From a virus (lineage: Duplodnaviria > Heunggongvirae > Uroviricota > Caudoviricetes), in IMG/VR virus record IMGVR_UViG_2698536335_000017: a DNA stretch of 21,531 bases; one strand, 5' to 3'. Of the stretch, positions 1-8,579 are shown piece after piece. Each line of letters opens with the position of its first letter. Position 1 is the stretch's first letter. The notes below the pieces were generated by a model. It ran no database searches and was not told the DNA's origin. It was given only the letters and a program-made list of their open reading frames with translations. A program made the translations under genes and the position numbers.

Positions 1-1284
1 TTACTTCTTCGCCTCTGCAACCACTTTACTACCCACGCCGCGGTTATTGTATTCCCACATGCGGTTGTAGTTAGTGTCATTCAGATTGCGCTGTATTTCG
101 TCGTTATCATCTACGCTGCCGGTATTACCCGCAAACGGACGATTAGAGATCACCGCATCGGCCCACGGTTTAGCCGTGTTAAAACCTTCGTTGATGGCGC
201 TATCACGGATCACCACCTGACCGTTGGTATTGGCATCAACATCCAGCGAGCGGCCCAGTTGCGCCACACCATCACCGAAAGCATTGAAACGGCTGTTTAC
301 GGCGAGGAAACCGTAGTAAATGTTGGACAGCGTAGCCGGTGCAAACACATACGCTTCTTGCTGAGTACGTGAGTTCACCACGCGGAATTCGGTGTTATCG
401 AACACCACTGCGCCGCGACCAGAAACGATATCCACATCCCCTTCAATGTAGCTGTTGGTCACCAGCGTACGCGGCTGACGATTCGTTTCCAGACGGTTCT
501 GCACACCGCTGTTGGTGACAAAGAAGGTGTTCTGACGACCGAGAATGTTAACGTTGTTAATCTGTACCTGGTCACCATCAGTACGCAGTGCCACCGCCGG
601 ATGGTTACCTGCATCTACGCTATCGCCCAGCGTGTTTTCGATGGTCAGATTTTGCAGTTGCAGGCCATTGTTTTGTGACCAGAAGACCGCAGAGCAGAGA
701 ACACCGATACTGTCGCTGCGTTTGCTCTGGCAGCTATCGTACATATACCACGCTGGTTTACCTGGCATATATTTGCCGCGCGGGTTGACGTCGTGACGCC
801 AGTCGGCAGGGCTCATGCCACCATCAAGGGAAAGCCCAATCTTCACATCAATCGGTTTTTCACCTGTACCGTACAGAGTAATTCCACCCGGAGCGGCAGG
901 GACATATACCGTTCCCTGATACTCACCAGGCATCACGGCAATATACTGGCGCTTGTTGGTACGCTTGATAATTGCCGCATCTACCGCCGCCTGAATCGTG
1001 GTATGCGTTACACCTTGAGTGCCCGCCGGGCCGACAACAAAGTCAGGTTGCGCAGGCAGGGTAATCGGGGAAGGATTCCACGCTGCTGCACCTGGTGTCA
1101 GGGATGCAAAATAGTGTTGAGCATCGAAATTCTGCGCTTCTTTTGCCGACAGAATCGGGCGAGAAGAGGTACCAGGCGCGGTTTGATCAGAAGGACGTTG
1201 ATCGGGCGGGGTTGAGCTACAGGCGGTCAGCGTCACGCCAAAAGCCAATGCCAGCGCCAGACGGGAAACTGAAAATGTGTTCAC
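1..1284 (-). CDS. ybhC: Host gene: YbhC-like pectinesterase-family outer-membrane lipoprotein (putative acyl-CoA thioesterase), full length 427 aa
   Basis: Complete ORF with signal peptide and lipobox (LTAC). It lies immediately beside the lambda att core, as ybhC does at attB in E. coli. Identity is from recall of the locus, not a search. Confidence 0.8.
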   Translation of the reverse strand: MNTFSVSRLALALAFGVTLTACSSTPPDQRPSDQTAPGTSSRPILSAKEAQNFDAQHYFASLTPGAAAWNPSPITLPAQPDFVVGPAGTQGVTHTTIQAAVDAAIIKRTNKRQYIAVMPGEYQGTVYVPAAPGGITLYGTGEKPIDVKIGLSLDGGMSPADWRHDVNPRGKYMPGKPAWYMYDSCQSKRSDSIGVLCSAVFWSQNNGLQLQNLTIENTLGDSVDAGNHPAVALRTDGDQVQINNVNILGRQNTFFVTNSGVQNRLETNRQPRTLVTNSYIEGDVDIVSGRGAVVFDNTEFRVVNSRTQQEAYVFAPATLSNIYYGFLAVNSRFNAFGDGVAQLGRSLDVDANTNGQVVIRDSAINEGFNTAKPWADAVISNRPFAGNTGSVDDNDEIQRNLNDTNYNRMWEYNNRGVGSKVVAEAKK

Positions 1285-1330
1285 AGGTTGCTCCGGGCTA
1301 TGAAATAGAAAAATGAATCCGTTGAAGCCT

Positions 1331-1345
1331 GCTTTTTTATACTAA
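1331..1345. other. attL: attL core (common core O) of lambda-type site-specific recombination; host B arm to the left, phage P' arm to the right
   Basis: Exact 15-bp lambda core GCTTTTTTATACTAA, preceded by attB-like TTGAAGCCT and followed by P'-arm sequence with Int arm-type repeats. Confidence 0.9.
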
Positions 1346-1418
1346 GTTGGCATTATAAAAAAGCATTGCTTATCAATTTGTTGCAACGAACAGGTCACTA
1401 TCAGTCAAAATAAAATCA
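1346..1418. promoter_or_regulatory. P' arm of attL with Int arm-type binding sites (P'1-P'3) and IHF H' site
   Basis: Sequence GAACAGGTCACTATCAGTCAAAATAAAATCATTATTTG carries three arm-type repeats; upstream TTATCAATTTGTTGCAACGAAC resembles the H' IHF site. Assigned from recalled lambda attP. Confidence 0.75.
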
Positions 1419-2489
1419 TTATTTGATTTCAATTTTGTCCCACTCCCTGCCTCTGTCATCACGATACTGTGATGCCATGGTGTCCGACTTATGCCCGAGA
1501 AGATGTTGAGCAAACTTATCGCTTATCTGCTTCTCATAGAGTCTTGCAGACAAACTGCGCAACTCGTGAAAGGTCGGCGGATCCCCTTCGAAGGAAAGAC
1601 CTGATGCTTTTCGTGCGCGCATAAAATACCTTGATACTGTGCCGGATGAAAGCGGTTCACGATGAGTAGATGCAATTATGGTTTCTCCGCCAAGAATCTC
1701 TTTGCATTTATCAAGTGTTTCCTTCATTGATATCCCGAGAGCATCAACATGCAATGTTGTAGGGATGGCAATTTTTACGCCTGTTTTGCTTTGCTCGACA
1801 TAAAGATATCCATCTACGATATCAGACCACTTCATTTCGCATAAATCACCAACTCGCTGCCCGGTAACAACAGCCAGCTCCATTGCAAGTCTTAGCCAAC
1901 ATGGTGATGATTCTGCTGCTTGATAAATTTTCAGGTATTCGTCAGCCGTAAGTCTTGATCTCCTTACCTCTGATTTTGCTGCGCGAGTGGCAGCGACCGG
2001 GTTTGTTGTTATATGGCCTTCAGCTATTGCCTCTCGGAATGCATCGCTCAGTGTTGATCTGATTAACTTGGCTGACGCCGCCTTGCCCTCGTCTATGTAT
2101 CCACTGAGCATTGCCGCAATTTCTTTTGTGGTGATGTCTTCAAGTGGAGCATCAGGCAGCCCCCTCCTTATTGCTTTAATTTTGCTCATGTAATTTATGA
2201 GAGTCTTCTGCTTGATTCCTCTGCTGGCGAGGATTTTTTCGTAGCGATCAAGCCATGAATGTAACGTAACAGAATTATCACTGTTGATTCTCGCTGTCAG
2301 AGGCTTGTGTTTGTGTCCTGAAAATAACTCAATGTTGGCCTGTATTGCTTCAGTGATTGCTATCCTCCTGTCTCGGCCTAATCCAAACTCTTTACCCGTC
2401 CTTGGGTCCCTGTAGCAGTAATATCCATTGTTTCTTATATAAAGATTAGGGGGTAAATCCCGGCGCTCATGACTTCGCCTTCTTCCCAT
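1419..2489 (-). CDS. int: Tyrosine integrase, lambda Int (356 aa)
   Basis: ORF translation matches lambda Int as recalled (MGRRRSHERRDLPPNLYIRNNGYYCYRDPRTGKEF ... HELRSLSARLYEKQISDKFAQHLLGH ... Y near C-terminus). Adjacent to att core, overlaps xis as in lambda. Confidence 0.95.
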   Translation of the reverse strand: MGRRRSHERRDLPPNLYIRNNGYYCYRDPRTGKEFGLGRDRRIAITEAIQANIELFSGHKHKPLTARINSDNSVTLHSWLDRYEKILASRGIKQKTLINYMSKIKAIRRGLPDAPLEDITTKEIAAMLSGYIDEGKAASAKLIRSTLSDAFREAIAEGHITTNPVAATRAAKSEVRRSRLTADEYLKIYQAAESSPCWLRLAMELAVVTGQRVGDLCEMKWSDIVDGYLYVEQSKTGVKIAIPTTLHVDALGISMKETLDKCKEILGGETIIASTHREPLSSGTVSRYFMRARKASGLSFEGDPPTFHELRSLSARLYEKQISDKFAQHLLGHKSDTMASQYRDDRGREWDKIEIK

Positions 2490-2685
2490 TTCTGATCCTC
2501 TTCAAAAGGCTACCTGTTACTGGTCGATTTAAGTCAACCTTTACCGCTGATTCGTGGAACAGATACTCTCTTCCATCCTTAACCGGAGGAGGGAATATCC
2601 TGCATTCGCGCACCCATCGACGAACTGTTTCAAGGCTTCTTGGGCGTCGCTGGCGTGCATTCCACTCCTGAAGTGTCAAGTACAT
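2467..2685 (-). CDS. xis: Excisionase, lambda Xis (72 aa)
   Basis: Translation MYLTLQEWNARQRRPRSLETVRRWVRECRIFPPPVKDGREYLFHESAVKVDL matches lambda Xis; 3' overlap with int. Confidence 0.95.
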   Translation of the reverse strand: MYLTLQEWNARQRRPRSLETVRRWVRECRIFPPPVKDGREYLFHESAVKVDLNRPVTGSLLKRIRNGKKAKS

Positions 2686-2791
2686 CGCAAAGTCTCCGCA
2701 ATTACACGCAAGAAAAGCCGCATTGATGCGGCGATGGTAGGTCTGGATATCATTGAGCCATGAACAGGCCTCATCGAGTGTGAGGCTGTGG

Positions 2792-3136
2792 TTAGTCCTT
2801 TCGTAACTCGCTGATTCTCCTGTAAGTCTCTGGTGCTTTGTTTCCGTGTATCTTCATTTCAGACTTCAACAGAGCAACGAGGGAATCCCATTCGTTGAGG
2901 ATGCCTTTGAATGCCGGAACGCGCTTTGCAACCTTGTCGAATGAATCTCTGATTTCTGGAATCTTCTCAACAAGTGCAACGCATCGTCGGAAGTCTGCTG
3001 CGTCATGGGGAGCGCCGAAGTGATGACCATAGATATTCTTTTTCAGGCCACATGCGATTGAGGCAAGAGTTGCGCTACTGATGCCAACATCGCCAGTCGA
3101 TTGCCATTTCAAAACCTTCATAGACAAATCTGACAT
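2792..3136 (-). CDS. Hypothetical phage protein (114 aa), early-left accessory region
   Basis: Complete ORF with upstream SD-like GGAGACAAGAA. No family recognised. Confidence 0.5.
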   Translation of the reverse strand: MSDLSMKVLKWQSTGDVGISSATLASIACGLKKNIYGHHFGAPHDAADFRRCVALVEKIPEIRDSFDKVAKRVPAFKGILNEWDSLVALLKSEMKIHGNKAPETYRRISELRKD

Positions 3137-3164
3137 TTCTTGTCTCCAATAAAAAAAACCTCCA

Positions 3165-3332
3165 TCAGGCGGCTTGGTGTTCTTTCAGTTCTTCAATTCG
3201 AATATTGGTTACGTCTGCATGTGCTATCTGCGCCCATATCATCCAGTGGTCATAGCAGTCATTGATGTTCTCTGCTTCGATAACTCTGTTGAATGGTTCT
3301 CCATTCCATTCACCTGTGACTCGGAAGTGCAT
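3165..3332 (-). CDS. Small hypothetical protein (55 aa), found by hand translation (below track cutoff)
   Basis: ATG at 3332 preceded by GGAG with 7-nt spacing on the minus strand; translation MHFRVTGEWNGEPFNRVIEAENINDCYDHWMIWAQIAHADVTNIRIEELKEHQAA. Confidence 0.4.
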   Translation of the reverse strand: MHFRVTGEWNGEPFNRVIEAENINDCYDHWMIWAQIAHADVTNIRIEELKEHQAA

Positions 3333-3404
3333 TTATCATCTCCATAAAACAAAATCCGCCGTAGCGAGTTCAGATAAAAGAAATCCCCGCGAGTGCGAGG
3401 ATTG

Positions 3405-3689
3405 TTATTCATTGCCGATATTCACCTTTATCGCGAACACCTTTACCGGTTTATCACCGAAGTGCGGATGTGTGATTGTCTTGATTTCATATCCGTCATA
3501 CGGAACATCAATTCTGCGGCTGGAATCGTCGCGCTTCGGATATCCCTTTGTGATAATCAGGCGGTCATACTCCCGGAACATAATTCGCTTATTCCAATAG
3601 TCATTACACAGGCGATACTCTTCCGTTTTCTCTCCTCGAATCATGGCATCGAAGTATTCACCTTTGACGGCAAGTTGTAGGTTAGCCAC
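3405..3689 (-). CDS. Small phage protein with ASCH-like motif (94 aa)
   Basis: Motif G-E-K-T-E-E-Y-R fits the ASCH G-x-K-x-x-E-x-R signature. Assignment from motif only. Confidence 0.4.
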   Translation of the reverse strand: MANLQLAVKGEYFDAMIRGEKTEEYRLCNDYWNKRIMFREYDRLIITKGYPKRDDSSRRIDVPYDGYEIKTITHPHFGDKPVKVFAIKVNIGNE

Positions 3690-3984
3690 GGTTAACCTCC
3701 TGCGGAGTAGCCTTTACAAGCACTGGTGCAAATCCATCTTCATTAAGGTTATGAATATAGACTTCTGTTCTCCTGCGCTCTTCAACGTTTAATATTGTTT
3801 CTGGATCATAAACCCATACTTTCATTCGACTATTCCATGAAGAAATCGCTTCAGATCTAGTTCGTTTTTCTGGTCCTTGGGCACCACATTTGCATGACAC
3901 ATAGCGCATTTTCCCTCTGATACTGAATGAGTATCCGATGTTAAGCACAGTGGAACCACAGAATGGGCAGCGATATAGATTCAT
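3682..3984 (-). CDS. Lar-family restriction-alleviation zinc-ribbon protein (100 aa)
   Basis: N-terminus MNLYRCPFCGS ... CKCGAQGP ... EAISSWNSR has the two Cys pairs and conserved AI-x-xWN-xR of the Lar family, plus a C-terminal extension. Confidence 0.65.
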   Translation of the reverse strand: MNLYRCPFCGSTVLNIGYSFSIRGKMRYVSCKCGAQGPEKRTRSEAISSWNSRMKVWVYDPETILNVEERRRTEVYIHNLNEDGFAPVLVKATPQEVNRG

Positions 3985-4598
3985 AAATCATCCACCTTAG
4001 GCGCAGCTGAGACAGCAACATTCCAGAACTCAGAAAACATATTGTATGCACCAGATAGATTGGAAGTAGCATACCCTCCAAGCTCACTTCTAATCTGAAC
4101 GGCTCTCATCATTTCCGGGGTTAACTCCTTCGGCACCATAACCCAACCATCCGGAGTTACCGGAGAGTTGCCACCGGGAATATTTTCCGGAATATTTTGT
4201 TGTGCGTTTTGTGGTTGTTCTGATTTACCCTGAAGCATGGCGGCGCGGCAGGCGTTCCAGCCAGCTGTTCGCCCAAGCGCGTAAACTTCAGATGGATCAA
4301 GATAATCAATGTCATGCCCGTCCTCATCGTCGTTCTCAGGTAATGCAGCAGGTACTACCGGTACTGGCGGAGCGGCGTAGACCTCAATAATTCCATTATC
4401 AATAGGCCATTCTCCATCCTTGAGGTAGTCACTTGTGCCGTCAACTTGCTGTTCTGCAATGTGGAATGCACCTATTGGTTTTGCTTCCAGCGATGCCAGA
4501 GCAATCCGTGCCAGTTCCATTTGTTCGCCACTAGTAAGTCCGTTATCAAGCGGGGATTTAATGAACAATTCGATACGTTCTTTAGTGATAGTGCTCAT
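3981..4598 (-). CDS. Hypothetical phage protein (205 aa from the internal start MSTITKERIE)
   Basis: The six-frame ORF (to 4697) overlaps the upstream gene by about 100 nt. The ATG at 4598 has SD AGGAGAG and sits 2 nt after the upstream stop, so the shorter start is preferred. Confidence 0.5.
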   Translation of the reverse strand: MSTITKERIELFIKSPLDNGLTSGEQMELARIALASLEAKPIGAFHIAEQQVDGTSDYLKDGEWPIDNGIIEVYAAPPVPVVPAALPENDDEDGHDIDYLDPSEVYALGRTAGWNACRAAMLQGKSEQPQNAQQNIPENIPGGNSPVTPDGWVMVPKELTPEMMRAVQIRSELGGYATSNLSGAYNMFSEFWNVAVSAAPKVDDL

Positions 4599-4599
4599 A

Positions 4600-5157
4600 T
4601 CACTCTCCTTTGATGCGAATGCCAGCTGCGCTTGCTGATTCTTCATATGCGCGTTTAGCAGCGTTAAGGATTGCTGCCAGTGGCGTATAGCCGCCATCCA
4701 TTCGGATTGTGTTGTGGATGCCAGCCATTGTGTCGCGCAATTTGCTGTGGCTAGCAGACAGTTCTGCTATGCACTTCTCTGCGGCATCGGCTCGATCTTT
4801 TTCACGCTGGAACATTTTGTGAGTGCGGTCTATAGCTTCGATTCGTGCCGCTGATGTCTTCTGCACGGCTTCAAGCTCAACACGCAGCTTCCCAACCGTA
4901 AGAGCAATATCCTCGTTCTTCTGGTCGCGGCGTTTGATGTATTGCTGGTTTCTTTCCCGTTCATCCAGTAGTGCCAGCACGGTTTCTGGCCCGGTCAGAA
5001 ATTTGAAGGCGTTGAGCGCATCAATATCCACACCGTAATCCTTAAGTTCCTGTTCAGTTAACAAATCATCATCAACTGGCAACATTAACAGGCGTTCCAT
5101 TGCCGGAATTGCACGCTCTGCCGCCTCACGCAGTGCCTGATAGTCAATCTTGCTCAT
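4600..5157 (-). CDS. Ea22-like coiled-coil early protein (185 aa)
   Basis: Charged, heptad-rich sequence in the int-proximal early-left region, the position of lambda Ea22. Family call is by composition and position. Confidence 0.45.
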   Translation of the reverse strand: MSKIDYQALREAAERAIPAMERLLMLPVDDDLLTEQELKDYGVDIDALNAFKFLTGPETVLALLDERERNQQYIKRRDQKNEDIALTVGKLRVELEAVQKTSAARIEAIDRTHKMFQREKDRADAAEKCIAELSASHSKLRDTMAGIHNTIRMDGGYTPLAAILNAAKRAYEESASAAGIRIKGE

Positions 5158-5729
5158 TGGATGACTCCTTTACGAAGCTGTTCGGCGATATCTTCGAGAA
5201 CGCCATCAGAGAATGAACGGTCAAAATCGCCTTCCGGCGCATTGGCCATAAACTCAGTAGAGGTAAGAATCATCCGGGCAATATCAGCGGCGTTCTTCGC
5301 AGTATCATCAATAAAACCAGCTTCCCAGGCAGCCAGCATTCTGTTCGCCACAAAGTAAGCGCCCTCCTTGCGTGCTTCAGTCTTCACTTCAGGCAGAAAA
5401 GCATCGGTGGCTGGGGTTTCAGTAATATCATCTTCCCATTCGCTAAACTCCTCACGACAAAAGTCATTAAATTCCTTCTCAGATTGCTTAAGCGAGGAAT
5501 TTTCAGCAGCCATCTTCGCGCATTTAGCCTCAAGGTTATCAATCGTGATTCCAGCAGAACGACACTCCCGCAACGCCGTTTCTAGTTTTGATTCAAGTTC
5601 ACCGAACTTACGGACAAGATATTCATCGTTTGTTTCGTCAACCTTTAAATCACTTGGGATGCATTTACCTTTCAGAAAACCATCCATCTCAATTAGTGTC
5701 ATTTGTTTCATTTCTTCCCACTCCGCCAC
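5154..5729 (-). CDS. Ea22-like coiled-coil early protein, second copy (191 aa)
   Basis: Acidic coiled-coil ORF overlapping the next gene by 4 nt. Confidence 0.45.
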   Translation of the reverse strand: MAEWEEMKQMTLIEMDGFLKGKCIPSDLKVDETNDEYLVRKFGELESKLETALRECRSAGITIDNLEAKCAKMAAENSSLKQSEKEFNDFCREEFSEWEDDITETPATDAFLPEVKTEARKEGAYFVANRMLAAWEAGFIDDTAKNAADIARMILTSTEFMANAPEGDFDRSFSDGVLEDIAEQLRKGVIQ

Positions 5730-5872
5730 ATCGCATTCAGATATTTGTTGTCATTAACAGAACCGAAACTCTTTCTCTTAAGCAATTCCTCTCTCGATGG
5801 CATTGGCTTTGCGCGTTGGCGAATAATCATTTCTGCCGGAAGAATGCCGGGATTGTATGCAAGTCCTCTCAT
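5708..5872 (-). CDS. Small hypothetical protein (54 aa from internal start MRGLAYNPG)
   Basis: ATG at 5872 is preceded by GAGGAA with 6-nt spacing. The longer six-frame form overlaps the upstream 97-aa gene in another frame. Confidence 0.3.
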   Translation of the reverse strand: MRGLAYNPGILPAEMIIRQRAKPMPSREELLKRKSFGSVNDNKYLNAMWRSGKK

Positions 5873-5882
5873 GGTAAATTCC

Positions 5883-6176
5883 TCAGTCATTACTGATAGC
5901 GCCATAGCGTGAGCGGTAATTACGCAGGCGCGGGTCAATTTCAGGGAAGTGGGTATATGTGGCTTTGCGGAATGGTCGGATTGATGTCTGGTAAATTCGC
6001 TCGCGTTCTTCTTTCTCTGCAAGCCATATACAATGGCGAAATTCCTTTTCCTCTTTCGTTTCCTGCGGTAGCGACATTATCCGATCGTAGTTTTTTCTGA
6101 ATTTATCCAGCACCTCCGATACGGAATTGCCGGAACAGCGGCGCGCGTCATCCGCACCATACAGAGGCGCTGGCAT
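5883..6176 (-). CDS. Hypothetical phage protein (97 aa)
   Basis: Strong SD AGGAGA four nt upstream of the ATG; sits between exonuclease and Ea22-like genes. Confidence 0.5.
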   Translation of the reverse strand: MPAPLYGADDARRCSGNSVSEVLDKFRKNYDRIMSLPQETKEEKEFRHCIWLAEKEERERIYQTSIRPFRKATYTHFPEIDPRLRNYRSRYGAISND

Positions 6177-6192
6177 GGTTTTCTCCTGTTGA

Positions 6193-6741
6193 TTATTTAG
6201 CTAACTTTTTCCAGATCGCTGAAACGTATTTGGCTTGGTGAATGGCATCATCAAGCGCGTTGTGGCGAGTTCCTTTGAATGGCATATCTCGCTTAGGGTC
6301 TAATCCTATTACCTTCCCAAGTTCGACGATTGTTCTTACGTCGCGGTCATTCCACCACTGCCACGGAACTGGCTGCCCTGTCAGCGAATAACTGTTTCGG
6401 AGAATAACGCAGTCAAATGATGCTCCATTCCCCCAAACCTGAACGAATTTGTGGTTAGCGTTCTTTATGATGAATTCAGATAACCATGAAAGAGCCGTTG
6501 AAAGCTCCTGAGTGTTGCTGGTTAGCGATTTTCTGGCTTCTTCACTCTGTTCCAGCCACCATAAAATCGTTGAAGCGTCAGGACGCGCCCGATATCGCAT
6601 TGATGACTCAAGCGAGATATTTACCGAGAACTCTTCTCCTGTTTCTCCGGTATTCGGGTCAAAGAATACCGCCCCAATAGAAATAACTGGCGCATATGGC
6701 CCGTTGCCCATTGTTTCAAGGTCAACCATTAAGTGATTCAT
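6193..6741 (-). CDS. DEDDh-type 3'-5' exonuclease (DnaQ-like fold, 182 aa), recombination module
   Basis: N-terminal MVDLETMG (D-x-E motif I) and C-terminal H-x-x-x-D (HNALDDA) typical of DEDDh exonucleases; directly downstream of ssb and the annealing protein. Confidence 0.6.
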   Translation of the reverse strand: MNHLMVDLETMGNGPYAPVISIGAVFFDPNTGETGEEFSVNISLESSMRYRARPDASTILWWLEQSEEARKSLTSNTQELSTALSWLSEFIIKNANHKFVQVWGNGASFDCVILRNSYSLTGQPVPWQWWNDRDVRTIVELGKVIGLDPKRDMPFKGTRHNALDDAIHQAKYVSAIWKKLAK

Positions 6742-6749
6742 GTAAGTCC

Positions 6750-7255
6750 TTAAATTGCGTGAATAGCGTGACGAGGGAAGGGGAGAGTTACTGGTGCAAA
6801 GGGTATATCGTCGTCAAAATCCATCGGAGGTTCGTTGTGTTGTGCTGGTGATGATTGCTGCTGTGGCTTCTGTGATTGCCTGCTGGCTGCTTGTTGTTTG
6901 CTGTCGCCAATTCCGCCAAGCATTTGCATCACGCCATTAATTCCGACATGAACCTCGGTTGTGTAACGGTCTTGCCCTGACTGGTCTTTCCACTTTCTGG
7001 TTCTCAGCATTCCCTCGAAATAAATCTGATCACTTTTTTCACATACTGCCCCACGACCTCAGCCAGTTTCCCGGATACAGCAACACGATGCCATTCAGTC
7101 AATTCCTTTTGCTCGCCAGTATTTTTATCTCGCCATTGTTCTGACGTGGCTATTGTCAGGTTAGCGAACGCTGTACCTGATGGTGAGTATCGAACTTCCG
7201 GGTCTTGTCCTACCCGACCAAGGATAATCACCTTATTTACGCCTCTGCTTGCCAT
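6750..7255 (-). pseudogene. ssb: Phage single-stranded DNA-binding protein gene disrupted by a -1 frameshift and carrying a 15-aa extension past the DDDIPF tip
   Basis: Two adjacent ORFs (7004..7255, then 6750..7010 in another frame) together align to SSB ([23 protein letters not shown] ... TEWHRV ... / [20 protein letters not shown] ... [11 protein letters not shown]). The frame breaks at an A6 run (plus-strand T6 at 7034..7039), where one G appears missing relative to the expected AAAAAAGGTGATCAG. Confidence 0.7.
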
Positions 7256-7963
7256 TTATGCCGCCTGTTTTAGTTCGTTAACTCTGATGTTCATTACCTG
7301 AACGCATTTAGCCTGCGCCTCCTCATTGCCAGCCATTAATTGCCAGTCACGCTGATAACGCTCGATGAGTTTTTTCTTGTCAGTTTCTGTTGACGCATAA
7401 TCGCTGAAGTCTTTCAGGATTTGTTCGCAGTCAACCGATGGAGATTTCTGGTTGGTATTTTCTGGTGATGGTTTGTTATCTGATGCTGGTATTGCCCATC
7501 CCGGCAGCGATGGAGGGAGCCAGTAAAATCCTGTTCCATCCTTGAGTTTTGCCCTGTGCCATCCCTGCTTTTTATCGAGAGATGTTTGTGCGAAACCTTC
7601 CTCAAGGTTATACAGATACCGACCGATTCCCCACTGAACGGCAGCGCGCTTCATTGCACCGGAACGACCACCTTTGACGGCTTCTACCTGCGTGTTTTCA
7701 GCAGCATCCCATTTGGTTACCCATTCGGAATCAATCTTTATTGATATGCCGCATTCAACGCCGCCGTTGTTGGGAATATCGCGGTATTCATTGCGCCATC
7801 CTGCTTTGCCGCAAACATCGTCCAGGCGTTTCATGATTGCCCGGTTCGTTACATAAGCCAGCACCATAGCCCACACTTTGCCATCGCGTGTTTTACCGCT
7901 TTGCTGTATTCGCCATTCGATATCTTCAGGGCTGAATGGCTCATCGAATTTATTCAAATCCAT
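7256..7963 (-). CDS. Single-strand annealing protein, Rad52/Sak-like (235 aa)
   Basis: Central AMKRAAVQWGIGRYLY matches the Rad52/Sak signature G-I-G-R-Y-L-Y. It sits where lambda has bet, upstream of ssb and exonuclease, with SD GAGGTG. Confidence 0.65.
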   Translation of the reverse strand: MDLNKFDEPFSPEDIEWRIQQSGKTRDGKVWAMVLAYVTNRAIMKRLDDVCGKAGWRNEYRDIPNNGGVECGISIKIDSEWVTKWDAAENTQVEAVKGGRSGAMKRAAVQWGIGRYLYNLEEGFAQTSLDKKQGWHRAKLKDGTGFYWLPPSLPGWAIPASDNKPSPENTNQKSPSVDCEQILKDFSDYASTETDKKKLIERYQRDWQLMAGNEEAQAKCVQVMNIRVNELKQAA

Positions 7964-8062
7964 AATTCACCTCAGAATGGACACGGCCCAAGGAAATAAC
8001 GCTGATTTAATACTTCAACTCGGGACAAATTAAGGCATACCCGCATTCCTTCGCGGTCGCCA

Positions 8063-8221
8063 TTATGGCGATACCAGAGAGCTTTCTGCGTGTACATGCG
8101 TCTCTGTAACTTGCTCTCCTTCACTGTGGTTGCAAGTGACATGAATATCTCCTTCGTTACCGATTAATTCTTTCATCTGACGAATGAATTCTTCGTCTGA
8201 CCAGTTATCTGTAAAACTCAT
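8063..8221 (-). CDS. Small hypothetical protein (52 aa) between kil and the annealing protein
   Basis: ATG overlaps the kil stop (ATGA); translation MSFTDNWSDEEFIRQMKELIGNEGDIHVTCNHSEGEQVTETHVHAESSLVSP. Confidence 0.4.
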   Translation of the reverse strand: MSFTDNWSDEEFIRQMKELIGNEGDIHVTCNHSEGEQVTETHVHAESSLVSP

Positions 8222-8370
8222 TTCCTGCGATACCACGGATGGTTGATAGCTGATTTCATCGCTTTATTTGCTTCAAGCCACATTTTTGAATCACCAATAA
8301 ATCTGGCTATTACTGCTTTGTTCTGTGCAGCACGAAGCATCTGGTGATTGATGGCTATTTCATTGCGCAT
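8218..8370 (-). CDS. kil: Kil-like host-killing protein (FtsZ inhibitor family), 50 aa
   Basis: Translation MRNEIAINHQMLRAAQNKAVIARFIGDSKMWLEANKAMKSAINHPWYRRK; the IARFIGDSKMW segment resembles lambda Kil (recalled ATFIGDEKMF). SD GGAGG, directly downstream of the cIII-like gene as in lambda. Confidence 0.6.
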   Translation of the reverse strand: MRNEIAINHQMLRAAQNKAVIARFIGDSKMWLEANKAMKSAINHPWYRRK

Positions 8371-8489
8371 AACGCCTCCAGTTGTTTCTTTGCTGCTCTG
8401 ATTAATTGTTTAACTCGGCGTGATAATTTAGATTCGTGCGGGTAGAAAGCGGACATGACGCCGCTACCCGCGAGCTGAAAGTGCATCAT
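8355..8489 (-). CDS. cIII: CIII-like FtsH inhibitor (44 aa from internal start with SD)
   Basis: Translation MMHFQLAGSGVMSAFYPHESKLSRRVKQLIRAAKKQLEALCAMK; AG-x-G then ES-x-L-x-R amphipathic segment as in lambdoid cIII. SD AAGGAG at 6-nt spacing. The 79-aa six-frame form would run through the upstream terminator. Confidence 0.55.
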   Translation of the reverse strand: MMHFQLAGSGVMSAFYPHESKLSRRVKQLIRAAKKQLEALCAMK

Positions 8490-8555
8490 GGGTAACTCCT
8501 TATATTTGATTGCATAACGAAAACGCCTCGAGTGAAGCGTTATTGGTATGCATAT

Positions 8556-8579
8556 AAAAAAGCCCTCACACTGGAGGGC
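8556..8579 (-). terminator. Intrinsic terminator in the pL operon (tL1-like, presumably N-suppressible)
   Basis: On the minus strand: GCCCTC-CAGTGT-GAGGGC hairpin (6-bp GC-rich stem) followed immediately by TTTTTT. Confidence 0.65.

Noticed and set aside
545-1316. Plus-strand six-frame ORFs (545..796, 588..788, 793..1215, 1095..1316) inside the ybhC region
   Set aside because: They are antisense to or overlap a full-length, well-supported host gene, lack convincing ribosome-binding sites, and have odd composition (Arg/Cys-rich). Treated as spurious.
1987-2193. 68-aa plus-strand ORF inside int
   Set aside because: Antisense to the lambda int coding sequence; no known gene there in lambda.
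2554-3023. Plus-strand ORFs 2554..2763 and 2838..3023
   Set aside because: Antisense to xis and to the 114-aa early gene, with no start signals.
3981-4697. Long form (238 aa) of the ORF ending at 3981
   Set aside because: Its first 33 codons overlap the upstream Ea22-like gene in another frame. An internal ATG at 4598 with SD gives a non-overlapping 205-aa protein, which I prefer.
7004-7040. Programmed ribosomal frameshift in ssb
   Set aside because: The A6 run at the break could act as a slippery site, but programmed frameshifting in ssb is not established and there is no obvious downstream stimulatory structure. A 1-bp indel (a real mutation or a homopolymer sequencing error) is the simpler explanation; kept as an alternative in the findings.
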